64,000 bases of DNA from positions 9,883 to 73,882 of IMG/VR virus record IMGVR_UViG_3300048839_000196, one strand, 5' to 3'. Below are positions 44,690 to 55,032 of the stretch, in pieces. The stretch is from a virus. The position numbers were made by a program, and so were the translations under genes. The notes beneath the pieces are model-generated. The model searched no databases. It saw only the letters and a program-made list of their open reading frames with translations, and was not told the DNA's origin. Position 1 is the stretch's first letter, and every line of letters begins with the position of its first letter.

Positions 44690-45269
44690 CCACTACATTG
44701 TCGCCTTTCCAAAGGAACGTAAAGTTGGCAGCTTATTCCTGCCGACGCACCTTGGCGAAGAAGAGGGACTCTTTGCTCCAGAGGTAGGCCGGGTAGTTGG
44801 ACTTCCTATGAAGTTCACGAATAAGATGGCCATCCCATGCTCAGCGTTCGGCGAGTCCATGACCGTCAAGGATATCGAGCATAGCTTCTCGAACATTAAA
44901 CTCGGCGATCAGGTCTTCTGTTCTTACCTTGCAACAGCGGATGAAGACAAACACATCATGGATGATGGCGATGATATGATCTACGCAGTACCAGCACACC
45001 TGCTTATAGCCATTGTCAACGGAGAAGAACTCATCCCAACGGCGGACAAGGTAATTGTCATCCCGGCGGAAAAGCAGCTCAGTCAAATCGTTAAAGGCAT
45101 CGAAGGCAAGGACTACGGCATGGGCACCATTGCCTTTAATTGCGATGGATTCACCAAAGGTCAGCGCGTAGTGTACTTAGAGAAATTCTCCTATGAGTTT
45201 AAATTTAAAAACCAAGCATACGAAGCGGTGTATTCATCCGAGGTGTATGCTACAATTGAAAACAAATGA
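44670..45269 (+). CDS. Tandem GroES-like co-chaperonin
   Basis: Two GroES-like repeats (GSLFL...GRVVGLP...GDQVF; PTADKVIV...GTIA...GQRVVY); start moved to ATG 44670. Confidence 0.55.
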   Translation: MMKSPSNHYIVAFPKERKVGSLFLPTHLGEEEGLFAPEVGRVVGLPMKFTNKMAIPCSAFGESMTVKDIEHSFSNIKLGDQVFCSYLATADEDKHIMDDGDDMIYAVPAHLLIAIVNGEELIPTADKVIVIPAEKQLSQIVKGIEGKDYGMGTIAFNCDGFTKGQRVVYLEKFSYEFKFKNQAYEAVYSSEVYATIENK

Positions 45270-45351
45270 GCAGTTTCCCAATCTATCTATTCTTTGCGAT
45301 ACTCGCAGTTTGCGTGGTGCTGAGTATCAAGCTGGCTAAAGAAATGAGCCA

Positions 45352-45579
45352 GTGGTAGAGTACACGCGACTTGCCACAAACGCGCCTCCGCTTCCAGATA
45401 AGATCGAGGTGTACACCAGAACATACGAGGTGCTAGGGTACTACCGGCAACAATCCGGAAAGAAAGTTACGGTGCATAAAGACAAGGTTGTTCTGAAGAA
45501 CATGAAAACAGAAGACATAATTATTACCAACTGGCCGATGAACATCCGATTCGGTCACTACAAAGAGATCTATGGTTAG
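45352..45579 (+). CDS. Hypothetical protein
   Basis: Operon ORF. Confidence 0.45.
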   Translation: MVEYTRLATNAPPLPDKIEVYTRTYEVLGYYRQQSGKKVTVHKDKVVLKNMKTEDIIITNWPMNIRFGHYKEIYG

Positions 45580-46081
45580 GCTGACAATAATAGAAACAGG
45601 CGACAAGGTACAGATCGACGAAACAAAAGCAGCGATCTATAAGGTCAGTAATGGCGATGAAATTTCGCTTGCTCGCTGGCACGAGATTATTTCGTCTGAC
45701 CTGCACGACGTCATAATGAATTACGCGGAAGATCAAAACAACTTATCTGACGCCCAGAAAACCATCAGTAGGCTCTGGAGTGAGCTAGGACGAACGATCG
45801 GTATAGAGGTGGAGTATAGTGACCTCCTTCATGCAATCATCAAACCAGAGGCTTCTGATGACGCTGTGGTGTTGCTTGCCGATTACTTCCTAACCATCAG
45901 AACATCTCTGATCGGGAATATCGAGCTGGTCTTCCCAGCTAAGCGATACGAAGCGTATGCCAGAAACCACAGACAGTGGTTCATAGACTATATCGCAGAT
46001 ATGGACAAACAGACAAAAAAACTATTCCGCTCTAAATTAGAGCAGACACTTAAAAATCAGGAGCAATGCACGGAAAGATAA
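45572..46081 (+). CDS. Hypothetical protein
   Basis: Operon ORF. Confidence 0.55.
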   Translation: MVRLTIIETGDKVQIDETKAAIYKVSNGDEISLARWHEIISSDLHDVIMNYAEDQNNLSDAQKTISRLWSELGRTIGIEVEYSDLLHAIIKPEASDDAVVLLADYFLTIRTSLIGNIELVFPAKRYEAYARNHRQWFIDYIADMDKQTKKLFRSKLEQTLKNQEQCTER

Positions 46082-46614
46082 TCGGTATCACTGGCCTATA
46101 TGGTGCAGGTAAAGACACAGTAGCGGATATCATCTGTATGATGTACCCGGAGTTCGGCTTCTCCAAGCTATCTTTGGCTGATGGAGTACGCCGGGTTTTC
46201 ACTCAGATCACAGGCGAGGATGTGCCAAACGAGTACACACAGGACTGGAAGGCGCAATACAACTCGGTGATCGGAAAGACGAATCGGGAGATCCTTGAAG
46301 GGATCGGCAACGGCCTCCGGGAATCTATCTCCCCGGATATCTGGATAAACAGCCTGCTCATTCAGTTAAAGCGCGGCGGGAACTATGTCATCCCGGATGT
46401 CCGTTACGAGAATGAACTCCGCGCTATTGAGCAGCGCGGCGGGCTGATGATCCGGGTGGTTCGGCCAGACAATCCTACACCGCAAACAAACTCAGCTTCC
46501 AACAGCGATCTGAGTGGGTTTGATATGATCACGATTGAAAACTCCGGGCAAGTTGGCGACCTACTTAGCAAAGTGATTTCCGTAACCGAACAATACATAA
46601 CAGGTGGCAAATAA
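46066..46614 (+). CDS. Deoxynucleoside monophosphate kinase (T4 gp1-like)
   Basis: IIGITGLYGAGKDT, REIL..IG..LR...PDIW and IPDVRYENE motifs. Confidence 0.88.
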   Translation: MHGKIIGITGLYGAGKDTVADIICMMYPEFGFSKLSLADGVRRVFTQITGEDVPNEYTQDWKAQYNSVIGKTNREILEGIGNGLRESISPDIWINSLLIQLKRGGNYVIPDVRYENELRAIEQRGGLMIRVVRPDNPTPQTNSASNSDLSGFDMITIENSGQVGDLLSKVISVTEQYITGGK

Positions 46615-46867
46615 ATTCATCGAGTCGATCCAGCAAAAGGAGTTCACCTCTGGAGCAGAAGTGATGGCTTTATTCAACGAATGCAAGAAGTACTGGAGTC
46701 ACAGCGACCTGATCTTTATTGGTGAGGACTTCGGCGCCTTTAACACAGCAACGCTGAACGATGAGGCTATCATACTTGCGTTCCTAGAAAACAATAGCTT
46801 ACATGAGTTCATAGAGGACTCCAAGATAAGTAAAGGCGGTGGATTCAAGTTCAAAATCACGGTATAA
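46604..46867 (+). CDS. Hypothetical protein
   Basis: Operon ORF. Confidence 0.5.
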   Translation: MANKFIESIQQKEFTSGAEVMALFNECKKYWSHSDLIFIGEDFGAFNTATLNDEAIILAFLENNSLHEFIEDSKISKGGGFKFKITV

Positions 46868-47475
46868 TGAGCAGTATATTCAAGGCATCCGATTTTCACA
46901 AGATGCGCTGGAATGCGTATAGGGCCAAGGACGAAGAGTCTCTTGGCCTTTCGCGTGATGTTCCGGCGGCTAAACGAATAATCAGTAACAAGCTCGAAGT
47001 ACAAAAGTACTTCTGCTTTATGTACGATGTGAACTCTCCCCTGAATAAGCGGATTCAGAATGTCATGGAGCGAAAAGAAATGGCAGCACAGATGGCTGGC
47101 TTTGATCGCACGCTTGTTTCGACGATCAACGCTTTGCAGCAGCTTTTTAAGCTGGCGCTACCGATTCATCAGGAGGTTCTAGCTCAGATGCTTCGCGTAC
47201 AGCACAATAGATCCTTTGATCGGATCGTTGCTGAAGAGAACCTATTCTACCAATGCGTCGAGATCATCAACACGCCCCTTGAGTTTGGTGAAGATGTCGA
47301 TCCGGAGAAAACCATTAAAGCGCTCAATGCGAAGCAGGTAACCCGTAAGATTATGGCGGAAACGGACGAGGCGTTACTCGCTCTACGGGCAAAGGTATTC
47401 TTTAATGAAGATGACCCAGCAAATGCAGTGGTCGAGAAGATGATCTCTTGGTCGCCAGAGGGAGTATCAGAGTAG
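46867..47475 (+). CDS. Hypothetical protein, candidate terminase small subunit
   Basis: Helical, immediately upstream of terL; FMYD.NSP motif. Confidence 0.45.
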   Translation: MSSIFKASDFHKMRWNAYRAKDEESLGLSRDVPAAKRIISNKLEVQKYFCFMYDVNSPLNKRIQNVMERKEMAAQMAGFDRTLVSTINALQQLFKLALPIHQEVLAQMLRVQHNRSFDRIVAEENLFYQCVEIINTPLEFGEDVDPEKTIKALNAKQVTRKIMAETDEALLALRAKVFFNEDDPANAVVEKMISWSPEGVSE

Positions 47476-47483
47476 TATGAAAT

Positions 47484-49544
47484 ATGGAAAATAAAGATTG
47501 GTCACTCTGTGGACAGGGGCACGAGTCCTACATTTCTTGCCCGCTACCGGATGACTGGAGCTACGAGATCATTCAGGGTGTGCAGTGCGCCATACCTCCG
47601 GTTGGCTATGTACTCATGCCCGGGACTTCCGATCTGATATATATAGGCATAGACAAGAAGAACAAAGAGGAGGATGACTTCTACTGGATTCGCAATGGCC
47701 TACCTGATAACTACGAAGAAAAGCGAGCCGAGGAGATAATTAAGAAAGGCGAAGAGGAGAACTACGCCGATCCGGAGCTAGAGGCTTTCAGACAAGCGGC
47801 TTGGATTCGTAGGATATCCGGATGTTGGTTTGCTAACGGGCCAAAAGGAGAGCCCGTGTACATCTCAGGGAATCATTACTTCTACCTTGAATGGTGTTTC
47901 ATCGCTGCCGAAGAGAACAACGGCTACCCATCTTTCCGGGAAACAGACCGGCGCCTATTCCTTTTCCTAGAACACTGTGTCCAAAATCCAAACTCATACG
48001 GCATCCTTCTACTAACAAAGCGACGGAACGGGAAGACGCAAGCCAGCGCTTCGTTCGGGCTTAATCGGGTGACTAGAAAGAAGTATGCCAACTTAGGCAT
48101 TCAGTCAAAGACTGCCGAGGATGCAGAAAAGGTAGTCTTCAAGGATGCAGTCATGCGCATGTTCCAACGCATGCCGCACTTCTTTCAACCAATACATGAC
48201 TTTAGGAGAGCGGCCAATGCTAAGAACACCTTTGTCTTCAAGCCAGCTCAAGGGGACATAAAGGCTATACAAGAAAAAAAATTCTTGGGTGGATGGATCG
48301 AGTGGAGGTCTTCCTCAGAAACAGCATTCGATGGTACCAAACTATCCGCATACATAGGCGATGAAATCTTCAAGACGCCCGTGGAAGTAGATATTTACAG
48401 CCGTTGGAATATTGTCAAGTACTGTTTGATCAATAACGGTCAGATATTCGGGAAGGCTATGCTTACCTCCACAGTAGAAGAGATTGAAGGCGCCATTGAC
48501 GTGTACACAAAGTTCTGGAGAGATAGCGATCACCTGTACGCCAAAGGTAATGGCAAGTCAAAGACCGGTCTTTTCCGCTTCTTCATCCCCGGGGACGAGG
48601 CAAGGAATTATGACAAGTACGGATATACAGACAAGACAAAGAACCGCAGTGAGATCCTTCAGGAGCGCGAGATGTTTAAGACGGATGTGCAGGTGTACAA
48701 CTCCATTGTGCGCAAAGACCCGCTTAGTGTGGATGAAGCGTTCCGATTTGTCTCCCGGGAATCTTTGTTCAACACGATAAAAATCTCAGACCAACTTGAT
48801 GCCATTGCTTGGCGTGAAGACGAACTCCTAGAGCGGGGCAACCTGATCTGGACGGAGCACATGAAAGACTGCAAGTGGGTTCCATCACAGTCTGGTCGCT
48901 GGGTTCGCGTTCGTAAGATTCAGTGGCCAGACGGGCCACTCACCACAGTGAAGGAGGAATATTCCAAGTCGTATATCCTTAACGGCGAGACTAAGTTCGT
49001 CATGGGCGTAGACCCTTACAGGCACTCAAAGACGGAGTCCGGTTCTGGCTCTGATGGCGTTGGGTATATTCGCCTGAAGCACAATCCGCTCGATCCGGAC
49101 AACTCAGATATGCCGGTCATGTGCTATGCCTACCGGCACAAGATCGTAGATAAATTCCATGACGATATCTTAATCACGGCATTTTACTTGGGCTGCAAGG
49201 TGCTCTTCGAGAATCAGATCATGGGGCTTGGCGAGTACTTCGAGGAGTACGGAGCCAGACAATTCCTTATAAAGGTTGGCGGAAACTCCAACTACGGCAT
49301 AGCCGCTTCAAAGAAAACGCTAGTTACTATGTGTAGCCTGATTGAAACAGACATAGAGAATAACTGCGACAAGAACTACTTCCCGGTACTTCTGCGTGAC
49401 ATAGCGAATTTTGACATAAACAACACGCAGCGATTTGACCACACCATGGCCTACGGATATTCTCTGCTTGCTGACAACCGAGTGCTAATCACCAAGAAAA
49501 AGCACGAATCGCTTAAGATGATAGACATCGGCGATTTATTCTAA
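47484..49544 (+). CDS. terL: Terminase large subunit
   Basis: ISGNHYFYL, Walker A KRRNGKT, Walker B YIGDE, nuclease MGVDP and FEN motifs. Confidence 0.92.
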   Translation: MENKDWSLCGQGHESYISCPLPDDWSYEIIQGVQCAIPPVGYVLMPGTSDLIYIGIDKKNKEEDDFYWIRNGLPDNYEEKRAEEIIKKGEEENYADPELEAFRQAAWIRRISGCWFANGPKGEPVYISGNHYFYLEWCFIAAEENNGYPSFRETDRRLFLFLEHCVQNPNSYGILLLTKRRNGKTQASASFGLNRVTRKKYANLGIQSKTAEDAEKVVFKDAVMRMFQRMPHFFQPIHDFRRAANAKNTFVFKPAQGDIKAIQEKKFLGGWIEWRSSSETAFDGTKLSAYIGDEIFKTPVEVDIYSRWNIVKYCLINNGQIFGKAMLTSTVEEIEGAIDVYTKFWRDSDHLYAKGNGKSKTGLFRFFIPGDEARNYDKYGYTDKTKNRSEILQEREMFKTDVQVYNSIVRKDPLSVDEAFRFVSRESLFNTIKISDQLDAIAWREDELLERGNLIWTEHMKDCKWVPSQSGRWVRVRKIQWPDGPLTTVKEEYSKSYILNGETKFVMGVDPYRHSKTESGSGSDGVGYIRLKHNPLDPDNSDMPVMCYAYRHKIVDKFHDDILITAFYLGCKVLFENQIMGLGEYFEEYGARQFLIKVGGNSNYGIAASKKTLVTMCSLIETDIENNCDKNYFPVLLRDIANFDINNTQRFDHTMAYGYSLLADNRVLITKKKHESLKMIDIGDLF

Positions 49545-49583
49545 TGGCGAACAATAGTTTACTTTTGTAGCAAACAGGTTTTT

Positions 49584-51893
49584 ATGCAGGAATTTCCTAA
49601 GCTCGATATAGATGCCCGCAAGAAAGACAAGGCTTGGGGCATATCATTTGCAAAAGCTGCGTTTGATAATTATCACACCGGCGGATGGGGTTCGCTATTT
49701 GCGAATCGCAATCGCTATCGGGAGTTCGCCGACTACTCCATGAACCGGCAGAGCGTAGAGCGCTACAAGCGTATGCTTAAGGTGGACGAGTCGCCAGACC
49801 CAACGTTCCAGAATCTAAACTGGACACCACTGCCAATCCTCCCAAAGATTATAGAGCTTGCTCTCGCTATCACAAAGAAGGCAGACTTCGATATCATCGC
49901 TACACCTATAGATCCTATGTCTAGGCTGGAAACTCAGCGCTTCTTTGCTCAGCAAGAAGCAAAGATCAGGATTCGTAAAGAGCTTGAGCGAATGGCGCCG
50001 GGCCTTGCTGAGCAATCGCCAATCCGAAAACAGGAGAACGAACCAAGCGATCTTGAAGAGCTGGAGATCCAGCGCATGTTTACATATAAACACGCAGCCG
50101 CAACAGAGATCGAGCAGTTCCTCAGTGTAGTTTCTCTCCAGAATAACATGGAGGAGATCAGGGCAGAGATAAAGCGCTCCGTACTTGTAAATGGGATCTC
50201 AGCCGTAAAGGAGTATGTTGATACAGATGGGATTATCCGGATAAGGAATGTCAACCCAGCAAACATGATATGCTCCCGCGTGATCCGAAGGGACTTCAAG
50301 GACGCTGCATTTATCGGCGAAGTGATCGAACTAAACCCATCAGATGTAATGGAGATGGCAGCAGGTGAAGTAACGCCGGAGCAACTAAAGGATATGCAGA
50401 ACGGCATAAATAGAACCGCTTCTGCCTATGGCCTTCCAGCAGCTACCGTGTCACCGGGATCTTTCTTCGACGGTAAGATCAGGGTACTTGACCTAGAGTG
50501 GCTGGCCTATGATCCGATTGCTATGGTGGTAAATACGGACAAGTATGGCAACAAGCATGTCAGCAGGACTAGCCCTGAGAAGGCTTCAAAGGTACAGTAC
50601 GTCAAGACAATCTACAAAATAAAGTGGGTGATCGGCACAGACATCTGCTTTGACTTTGGCCGGGTTACAAACATGAAGCGCAAGTCTTCATCACTCTCCG
50701 AGACAAGTCTTTCTTATCACGTCTTCGCCCCTAGTTTTGATTACTTCTCTATGTCTGCTACCAGTAAGGTCGAGCAGGTCATGGGTATTGTCGATCAGAT
50801 CAATCTGGCATGGTATCAGCTTCAGCACGCTATTGCTAAGTCAAGGCCAAAAGGGGTGACTATTGAGATTGGCGCCCTTGAAGATGTGAACGTAGGTAAA
50901 GGCGGGCAGGCTTTAACGCCAAAGGATCTTATTGAAGTGTACAATCAGACCGGCAACGTGTACTATCGTCAACGCGACCTAGAGGGTAATATGTCGAACT
51001 ATCGTCCGATCACAGAACTTCAGGGCGGTATGGGCGTAGTTGCTCAGGAGTTTATGACCCTGATGCAGTATAACATCGGGCTACTCAAAGAGGTAGTTGG
51101 AATCAACGACGCAACAGATGGGTTTACCGGGCAAAGATCGTACTCAGCCGCCGTTAATGCTGGGGTAGAGGCGACAAACAATGCACTCTACTCGATCATA
51201 GAGTCGGATAGAGAGATCCTTCAGTCGCTTGCTGATGCGCTTGTTCTCCGCATTCAGTCGCTCGCCCGGTCAAAGAACATCAATCCAACCTATATCGCAT
51301 CACTAGGAAAGCCATCCATGGATTTCTTTAAATCCATCGGCGATATATCTGCTATTGAGTTCGGTATATCGCTAGACCCAAGGCCGAATCAACTAGAGCG
51401 CGAGCTATTCTTCCAAGACTTAAACAAGCTGATAGATGCCGGGCAGGTAGATGTAGATGATGCAATCTATCTCAGGCAGATCCCATCACTCAAAGCGGCC
51501 ACTGCGCTTCTGGCCTATAAGGTGAAGAAGAAGCGCGAAAAGGCATTTGAGCAGCAGCAGCAGATGATGACGCAGAATGCGCAAGTGCAACAGCAGAGCG
51601 CCATGATGAATGAGCAGGCTAAGCAACAGACAATACAGATGCAGGCCGAGCTTGAATCACAAATCCTGCAACTCAAGCACCAGCAAGCCATGGAGCTTAA
51701 ACAAATGGATATGCAGATACAGGCCATGAAAGCACAGATTGTTGCAGCTCAGACCATTGATGCGGAACAACTGAAGAGTGAAAGCAAGGAGTATATCGCT
51801 GAGCTTGCAGCAGAGGCAAGAAAGACAATGACTGAGCAACAGGGATCAGCTTCTAGGCGCCCATCACAGACGCTTAGTGATGCTGTTCGCTAA
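49584..51893 (+). CDS. Portal protein (crAss-like)
   Basis: 769 aa after terL; NWTPLPILPK and GINDATDG motifs; Gln-rich C-terminal coiled-coil barrel. Confidence 0.88.
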   Translation: MQEFPKLDIDARKKDKAWGISFAKAAFDNYHTGGWGSLFANRNRYREFADYSMNRQSVERYKRMLKVDESPDPTFQNLNWTPLPILPKIIELALAITKKADFDIIATPIDPMSRLETQRFFAQQEAKIRIRKELERMAPGLAEQSPIRKQENEPSDLEELEIQRMFTYKHAAATEIEQFLSVVSLQNNMEEIRAEIKRSVLVNGISAVKEYVDTDGIIRIRNVNPANMICSRVIRRDFKDAAFIGEVIELNPSDVMEMAAGEVTPEQLKDMQNGINRTASAYGLPAATVSPGSFFDGKIRVLDLEWLAYDPIAMVVNTDKYGNKHVSRTSPEKASKVQYVKTIYKIKWVIGTDICFDFGRVTNMKRKSSSLSETSLSYHVFAPSFDYFSMSATSKVEQVMGIVDQINLAWYQLQHAIAKSRPKGVTIEIGALEDVNVGKGGQALTPKDLIEVYNQTGNVYYRQRDLEGNMSNYRPITELQGGMGVVAQEFMTLMQYNIGLLKEVVGINDATDGFTGQRSYSAAVNAGVEATNNALYSIIESDREILQSLADALVLRIQSLARSKNINPTYIASLGKPSMDFFKSIGDISAIEFGISLDPRPNQLERELFFQDLNKLIDAGQVDVDDAIYLRQIPSLKAATALLAYKVKKKREKAFEQQQQMMTQNAQVQQQSAMMNEQAKQQTIQMQAELESQILQLKHQQAMELKQMDMQIQAMKAQIVAAQTIDAEQLKSESKEYIAELAAEARKTMTEQQGSASRRPSQTLSDAVR

Positions 51894-51953
51894 TTGATTA
51901 CAACTATACGCAAGAAGGTTATAATATTTGCACATCGGTAAAACACACACAAT

Positions 51954-53042
51954 ATGCCCAAAATTGGAAACATTGAATTTAACGTCGGTTCGTCGCCGCA
52001 GGATCAGACGCCTGCTGCACCAAGTGCTCAGGAAGGAACGGCAACTGCGCCTACTGCCGAGGCTAATACAGCTCCAGTTGCAAGCGCAACTGAGTCACCC
52101 GAAGGCACAAATGCTACTGCTGCACAGCAACCGGAGCAAGCTCAGTATAGTGCTGAGCAACCGAAAGCGCAGGCTGCAAGCACAGATCAACCGGCTGTTG
52201 TCCCACGGGAATGGGAGATCCTACTAGCTGACGAAACATTCAAGTCACTTGCTCAGTCATTCTTGGCTGGTGACGAAGATGCAGTACTCAGCGTAATGTC
52301 CGAGCAGGTCGGACGCTTGAAAGAATTAAGGACGGATTATAAGTCCATGGATGCTGACTCAGTTATCCGGGCGAAAGTCCAGAAAGAATATCCTGACCTG
52401 TATGGCCGGGCGCTAGAGAAAGCCATAGAGCGGTATCATGCCGCAAACTTTGGCGAGGCGCCAGATCCAGACAGTGATGATGACGGAGACATCTCTCTTT
52501 ACAACTCCACCAAGAACCGCCATGCGCAGAAATTGCGGGCAGAACTATTGGCAGAGCAAGAAAAGCTGAGATCGAAGTCCATTGATCATTTGAAATTAGA
52601 GGTAGAAGAGCACCTGAGTAAACAAAAGCAAGAGCAAGAAAAAGCGCAAAAGGCGTGGGAAGCTCAGCTCATGGGTAATCAGGTGATTGCATCAGCGATT
52701 AAAGATGGCTCCATTAATGTTGGTAAACCCGACAAGCCAGTGCTTTTTAAGCTCCCCGATCAGGAGCGATTCAAAAAAGCAGTCGCAGAAGATGCAGAGT
52801 TCTTCAGCCTATTTGCTACCGGCGATAAAGAAAAGCCGGTTGACTTATCACGCTGGGCGAGAGTAGTTGCCTTTGCGCTTGACCCAGAAGGGTACGATGC
52901 TGCGATCTTGGCAGCCGGAAGTTCTTCAGGCAAAGAAGCCATCATGGATGAACTAATCAATCCGGCTAAACCAAACCCGACATCACCTCCTTCACCGTCA
53001 ACGCTTGGCGACGCAATCTTGTCGGCAATTCGTAAACGATAA
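51954..53042 (+). CDS. Scaffolding protein
   Basis: Low-complexity acidic N-terminus and coiled coil, between portal and capsid genes. Confidence 0.65.
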   Translation: MPKIGNIEFNVGSSPQDQTPAAPSAQEGTATAPTAEANTAPVASATESPEGTNATAAQQPEQAQYSAEQPKAQAASTDQPAVVPREWEILLADETFKSLAQSFLAGDEDAVLSVMSEQVGRLKELRTDYKSMDADSVIRAKVQKEYPDLYGRALEKAIERYHAANFGEAPDPDSDDDGDISLYNSTKNRHAQKLRAELLAEQEKLRSKSIDHLKLEVEEHLSKQKQEQEKAQKAWEAQLMGNQVIASAIKDGSINVGKPDKPVLFKLPDQERFKKAVAEDAEFFSLFATGDKEKPVDLSRWARVVAFALDPEGYDAAILAAGSSSGKEAIMDELINPAKPNPTSPPSPSTLGDAILSAIRKR

Positions 53043-53055
53043 AAAGTAAACTCAA

Positions 53056-54426
53056 ATGCCTACATTTGGAACTACCACTAAGGGCCGCGTATCTGCCCTA
53101 ACCGTGCCGAACATCATCGACCGGCGCGAAATCTTGAACCACGTTCTGAACGTGACGAACGAAGAGATCTCCTTTGTCGAGGTCATGCAGCTCATGGGCC
53201 GCATGGTGCCTACCGACCAAGTCGAGTACTACAACCTCATCAACGAGGAACTTAGCGTGAATGTAACCGTAACTGCGATTGACGACAGCACATACAGCAC
53301 TGCTCGCCCACTCGTTACGCTCAGTGCTGGCGACTATGCGAAAGTCCGTGAAGGCGAATTGGTTATATGTCCGAACAAGCAAGTTGGTTACATTGTAGCC
53401 AAGTCCAGCTACGGGTCAGTAACTCTTGGCGCCAATCAAATCGAACTCAAGAACGGCGCTGACGGCGTTAGCCTTGGTCTTGCAATTGGCTCAAAGCTCG
53501 CTGTGTTCTCCAACGCATCCGGTGAAGGAAGCTCTGCCCCTGCGAATCGTCGCTACGATGTCTCCAAGGAAGTAAACCACATCCAGACCTTTAAGGAGAG
53601 CTACAAGGTCACGGATATCGAAATGGGCAGCAAGGCCGAGTTCGAGTTTGAAGGCAAGCCAATGTACTTCAGCTACGAGCAGGCTCAAGTGTATGCCAAG
53701 TTCTTGCAGGCGGTTTCCGCTGGCTTGCTTTTTGGCCGTCAGTCCACCGATACCTTCAACGATGCCGTGACTTCTGCTACGCTTACCGACAAGTCCGGGA
53801 ACATTGTCTCCCTGACCAAAGGTTTGAACCAGTACTGCGAAGAAGGCATCTCTGTTTCCGGCTCTGGAATCTCCACGACGACCTATGCTGACTACGCTCG
53901 CTTGCTTGCAAAGGCTCGTGCTCCGAAGCAGTATATGATCCTCATGGGTACCGAGATGAGCATAGCTCACGATAACATGTTAAAAGCGCTCAACGACACA
54001 GACGCGATCTCGCCTCTGGCGAGATTCTCCGTTGACGGCAAGAGCCTTGACTTCGGCGCCGATGCGTTTAAGCTGTATGGTTTCACTTTCACCAAAAAAG
54101 TGATGCCTGTCTTTGATCACCAGACTTTAATCAACTTCACGGGCAGCGCCGGTTATCAGAACCGCGCACTGTTCGTGCCTCTTGACAGCGTGAACACGGT
54201 TGGTGGTCCGTCTATGCCGCGCATCTCCCTGCGTCACATTGTACTTCCTGCAACCAACCAGATCAACGCGACCACCGATGCAAATGGTGTGTTCCGCGAA
54301 CTGGAGCTTGGTGGCTTTGCAGACGGTGTTGCTACTTCCAGCGACTCTAACCGCGAGTTCATCTATGAGGCTCGCCTTGGCTTGCAGGTTTTGGGTAAGC
54401 AGCATTTCATGGTTGTTGACCTTTAG
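53056..54426 (+). CDS. Major capsid protein
   Basis: 456 aa, strongly biased codons, NHIQTFKESY and GLLFG...TKGL motifs, followed by a strong terminator. Confidence 0.85.
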   Translation: MPTFGTTTKGRVSALTVPNIIDRREILNHVLNVTNEEISFVEVMQLMGRMVPTDQVEYYNLINEELSVNVTVTAIDDSTYSTARPLVTLSAGDYAKVREGELVICPNKQVGYIVAKSSYGSVTLGANQIELKNGADGVSLGLAIGSKLAVFSNASGEGSSAPANRRYDVSKEVNHIQTFKESYKVTDIEMGSKAEFEFEGKPMYFSYEQAQVYAKFLQAVSAGLLFGRQSTDTFNDAVTSATLTDKSGNIVSLTKGLNQYCEEGISVSGSGISTTTYADYARLLAKARAPKQYMILMGTEMSIAHDNMLKALNDTDAISPLARFSVDGKSLDFGADAFKLYGFTFTKKVMPVFDHQTLINFTGSAGYQNRALFVPLDSVNTVGGPSMPRISLRHIVLPATNQINATTDANGVFRELELGGFADGVATSSDSNREFIYEARLGLQVLGKQHFMVVDL

Positions 54427-54433
54427 GTTATTG

Positions 54434-54463
54434 AGTGGCAAGGGCATTCGTGTCCTTGCCACT
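54434..54463 (+). terminator. Terminator after the capsid gene
   Basis: AGTGGCAAGGGCA-TTCG-TGTCCTTGCCACT. Confidence 0.8.
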
Positions 54464-54495
54464 TCTATTGTTTAAAAATCAAACTCAATCAAACG

Positions 54496-54954
54496 ATGAA
54501 TAAGACTATTAAGTATTTTCTTGGCGCCGCTGTCCTGCTCTTTATCGGCATGATCCTTCAGAGCGCGTCTGGTGAGGCTGGCCCAACGTCAGATCAGATC
54601 GTACAGCCTGATGCTGTAACTATCAATCAGACTGACAGTGTCAAGTACATCGCCTTCAACTCGCGTGAGATCAAGGCTGACTACAAGGTTTCCTGCCATG
54701 TCGAGCTGGTTGAAAACTCCGGCACAGTAACCACTACGTTTACTCTGCAAGGAAGCAACTTCCCGCCTTCGCTTGGATTCTGGGATGACATCAGTGCAGT
54801 TACGCTCAGCGACACGGGCGACAGTACTATCACTACTGCAACAACTTCTCCTTCTTACGCTTACTACCGTTTGGCAGTAGCAAAGGCTACGAACTCCGGC
54901 AACTATTCGGTGACCGTAAATGCCTCTGCTAAGTTCAACACATTCTGGCGTTAA
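54496..54954 (+). CDS. Signal-peptide-bearing small beta-sandwich protein, putative capsid decoration
   Basis: MNKTIKYFLGAAVLLFIGMILQSA; SGT-x6-LQGS...W-x2-I...YYRL; directly after the capsid gene. Confidence 0.6.
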   Translation: MNKTIKYFLGAAVLLFIGMILQSASGEAGPTSDQIVQPDAVTINQTDSVKYIAFNSREIKADYKVSCHVELVENSGTVTTTFTLQGSNFPPSLGFWDDISAVTLSDTGDSTITTATTSPSYAYYRLAVAKATNSGNYSVTVNASAKFNTFWR

Positions 54955-54971
54955 TCACCACGCACACACTC

Positions 54972-55010
54972 GGCCCGGGCATAACTTGTCCGGGCCACTC
55001 CCTTTTTATT
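54972..55010 (+). terminator. Intrinsic terminator
   Basis: GGCCCGGGCA...TGTCCGGGCC with a nearby T tract. Confidence 0.65.
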
Positions 55011-55032
55011 AATCGGTAAAACACAATAACAA

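Noticed and set aside
51540-51760. CAG-rich repeats
   Set aside because: They encode the Gln/Met-rich coiled-coil barrel typical of podovirus portals.
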